A DNA stretch of 64,000 nt from positions 160,001-224,000 of the forward strand of contig CAWDVE010000017.1 in NCBI GenBank assembly GCA_963805625.1, written 5' to 3'. Positions 61,643 to 64,000 of this stretch are shown here, piece after piece (within the stretch, counting starts at the first letter, position 1; each line of letters starts with the position of its first letter). The position numbers and the translations under genes were made by a program. Below the pieces are notes generated by a model, which did no database searches, was not told where the DNA came from, and saw only the letters and a program-made list of their open reading frames with translations. The stretch comes from an uncultured Candidatus Rokubacteria bacterium (GTDB lineage Bacteria; Methylomirabilota; Methylomirabilia; Rokubacteriales; DASRDR01).

Positions 61643-62491
61643 CCCCGGGCGTCCGCCCCCGGGTGGTGGTCGACGCTCGCGCGCCTCGGGGCCTCTTGGT
61701 CGGGGCGGATCGGCGGGGCGATCGCCCTCCTGCTGCTCGCGGTCGCCGCTTTCGGGCCCACGCTCTACCCGGTGGACCCCTACCGCATGGCGATCGGCCA
61801 GCGCCTGCGCCCGCCGTCGGCCCAGCATCTCCTCGGCACCGATGAGTTCGGGCGGGACCTCCTGGCGCGGGTCATTCACGGCAGCCGGATCAGCCTGCGC
61901 GTGGGCCTGATCAGCGTGGCCATCGGCGGGCTCGTCGGCACCGCGCTCGGGCTCGCTGCGGGGCTCGGCGGCCGCAAGGTGGACCTGGCGATCAGCGGGC
62001 TCGTGGACGTGATGCTGGCGTTCCCCGGCTTCCTGCTGGCGCTGGCCATCGTCGCCACGCTCGGGCCGAGCCTGGAGAACGCGATGATCGCCATCGGGAT
62101 CCGGCGCGTGCCCGTGTTCGTCCGCGTCGTCCGGGCCGGGGTACTGCAGCTTCGCACGAGCGAGTTCGTCCTCGCCGCGCGCGCGCTCGGCGCCGCGCCG
62201 CTCCGGGTGTCGACTCGCCACGTGCTCCGGAACGTCGCGCCGACCCTGATCGTGTTGGCGACGCTCCAGTTCCCCGAAGCGCTCCTGGTGTCGGCGGGCC
62301 TGTCGTTCCTCGGACTGGGCGCCCAGCCGCCGCTCCCCGAGTGGGGGGCGCTCCTGACGAGCGCGCGCGTCTACCTCACGCGTGCCCCGTGGCTCGTGAA
62401 CTTCCCGGGGCTCGCGATCCTCGTCACGGTGCTCGGGCTGAACCTCCTCGGCAACGCGCTCCGGGACGTCCTCGACCCGCGGCTGAAGTGA
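61634..62491 (+). CDS. Peptide ABC transporter permease (DppC/OppC-like)
   Basis: HLLGTDEFGRD, EFV.AARALGA, LSFLGLGAQPP..EWG, LRDVLDPR. Confidence 0.92.
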   Translation: MSEPRASAPGWWSTLARLGASWSGRIGGAIALLLLAVAAFGPTLYPVDPYRMAIGQRLRPPSAQHLLGTDEFGRDLLARVIHGSRISLRVGLISVAIGGLVGTALGLAAGLGGRKVDLAISGLVDVMLAFPGFLLALAIVATLGPSLENAMIAIGIRRVPVFVRVVRAGVLQLRTSEFVLAARALGAAPLRVSTRHVLRNVAPTLIVLATLQFPEALLVSAGLSFLGLGAQPPLPEWGALLTSARVYLTRAPWLVNFPGLAILVTVLGLNLLGNALRDVLDPRLK

Positions 62492-62758
62492 CCGCTACAG
62501 ACCACAGGATTCCGCCACCAGCCGCCGACGATCGGCTTGTGGGGCGGTTCGGCGCGCGGCTGCCCGAACGTCGGGACGACGGATCGCTCGTCGCCCGCCG
62601 GCGCGACGGCCTACAACGCCTCCGGTCGAGGCCGAGCGCGCTTAGCGCACGCGCCCGGCCAGCGCGACCGCGCGACGCGAGCGAGATTCATGGCTGCCCG
62701 GAGTTTCCGCGTGATTCGCGGGTCGGCTGACTGAGACGTCACCGCCCCGCGGAGTCCA

Positions 62759-64000
62759 CTAGGCGGCGCCCACCTCCGCCGCCGCGGCCGCGGCCCGCGC
62801 GACCGCCCCGTCGTCGATCGCGCCAGAACCCGGCACGACCGGCACCGGCCCATCCAGCAGATGCGGGTAGCGGAGTCCCGTGGCCGTGTTGAACACTACG
62901 ACCCGCGAGGTCGGACCCAGCTGCCCCTCGCGGACCATCCGCCGCACGGCGGCGATCGTCGCCGCGCCCTCCGGGGAGAGGAACAGGCCCTCGTGACGGT
63001 TGGCCCAGCCCATGAAGTGGAGCGTCTCGGCATCAGGGACGCCGACAGCCCAGCCTCGGGTGGCGCGCAGCGCGCGCAGGATCAGGAAGTCCGCGAACGG
63101 CTTCACCACCATGATGCCGGGGGCGATCGTCTTGACGTGCTTCGCACCGAGGCACTCGTCGAGCCCCTCGTGGAAGGCCTTGACCACGGCGCCGCCGGGG
63201 ACTTGGACGGAGACGAGCCGTGGCCGCTCGCTCCCGATCCAGCCGAGCGCCTCCAGCTCGTCGAAGACCTTCCACATCCCGATGATGCCGACGCCGCCGC
63301 CGGTCGGGTAGAGGATCGCGTCGGGCATCTTCCAGCCCAGCTGCTCGACCACCTCGAGGCCCATCGTCTTCTTGCCCTCGATGCGGTACGGCTCACGCCC
63401 GGCGCCGGCATGGAGCCACCCGTAGCGCTTGGCCGCCTCGGTCATGATCCGGAACACGTCGCCCACCGTGCCGTCGATCCGGTACACGTGGGCGCCATGG
63501 GCGAGGCTACCCTTCCAGCCGAGCTCGGGGCACTCGACGGGCAGCGCGGTGTGCACCTCGCATCCCGCGCGCGCGCCGTACGCGGCCCACGCGTGGCCCC
63601 CGCTCCCGACGGTGGGCTGGGCGAACCGGGTGACGCCCAGTTCCTTCCACCGAGACACCGCCGCGGAGGCACCCCGCGCCTTGAACGTGCCGGTCGGGTT
63701 CATCCCCTCGTCCTTGACCCACAGCTCTCCGACGCCGACTTCGCGTGCGGCCCGCGGCACGGGAATCATCGGGGTGAAGCCCTCGCCCATGGACACGATC
63801 GACGCGTCCTCGCGGACCGGCAGGAGCTCGCGGTAGCGCCACATCGTCGGGGGGCGCCGCGCGATCTCGTCGGGCGTGACCGCCTTGCGGATGGCCGCGA
63901 GGTCGTAGCGGGCGAGCAGCGGCCCGCCGCAGTCGCAGAGGGCGCGCGGCGTGTCGCCCGGGTAGTAGGCGGCGCAGCGGCTGCAGTCGAGGCCGGCGAG
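62759..64000 (-). CDS. thrC: Threonine synthase-family PLP enzyme, 5'-partial
   Basis: The frame is open to the window end, with a CxxC..CxC zinc ribbon, MWRYRELLP, NPTGTFKARG (PLP Lys), EPYRIEGKKT and PTGGG.G. Confidence 0.8.
   Translation of the reverse strand, partial: LAGLDCSRCAAYYPGDTPRALCDCGGPLLARYDLAAIRKAVTPDEIARRPPTMWRYRELLPVREDASIVSMGEGFTPMIPVPRAAREVGVGELWVKDEGMNPTGTFKARGASAAVSRWKELGVTRFAQPTVGSGGHAWAAYGARAGCEVHTALPVECPELGWKGSLAHGAHVYRIDGTVGDVFRIMTEAAKRYGWLHAGAGREPYRIEGKKTMGLEVVEQLGWKMPDAILYPTGGGVGIIGMWKVFDELEALGWIGSERPRLVSVQVPGGAVVKAFHEGLDECLGAKHVKTIAPGIMVVKPFADFLILRALRATRGWAVGVPDAETLHFMGWANRHEGLFLSPEGAATIAAVRRMVREGQLGPTSRVVVFNTATGLRYPHLLDGPVPVVPGSGAIDDGAVARAAAAAAEVGAA

Overview
This is a very GC-rich bacterial chromosomal window. 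The gene content (sigma54-activator/STAND fusion, orphan PF04392-type binding protein, many amidohydrolases and ABC systems) resembles Candidatus Rokubacteria, but this is inference only. From left to right: (1) a B12-binding radical SAM gene followed by a ~5 kb decayed accessory patch, bounded by a tRNA-Glu(CTC) fragment and holding a broken collagen-like gene, IS110, cysteine synthase and multicopper oxidase fragments, and one intact conserved hypothetical gene; (2) a ~1,376-aa sigma54 activator-STAND-TPR fusion divergent from a -24/-12 promoter that drives a six-gene putative lipid-modification operon (LPG-synthase-TM, AUR1/PAP2-like, heme-oxygenase-like, atypical enolase-superfamily, GH3 ligase, ICMT-like methyltransferase), now partly decayed; (3) bamD-oppD-oppF; (4) a ycsI-pxpB-SBP-pxpC-pxpA-HAD-amidohydrolase operon; (5) a long catabolic operon (LivJ-type SBP, hydantoinase/oxoprolinase A/B, SDR, tandem Rid, MoaD/ThiS, xanthine dehydrogenase family M/S/L, MFS); (6) lemA, ftsH, dnaJ-like, clpB; (7) an M23 peptidase, two gamma-glutamyltransferases, a PuuD-like hydrolase, a DctM remnant, an amidase, a complete 1.35 kb DDE insertion sequence, a peptide ABC importer and a partial threonine synthase. 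An ~80 bp element flanked by TGAGC direct repeats occurs twice. No rRNA, intact tRNA or CRISPR array was seen.
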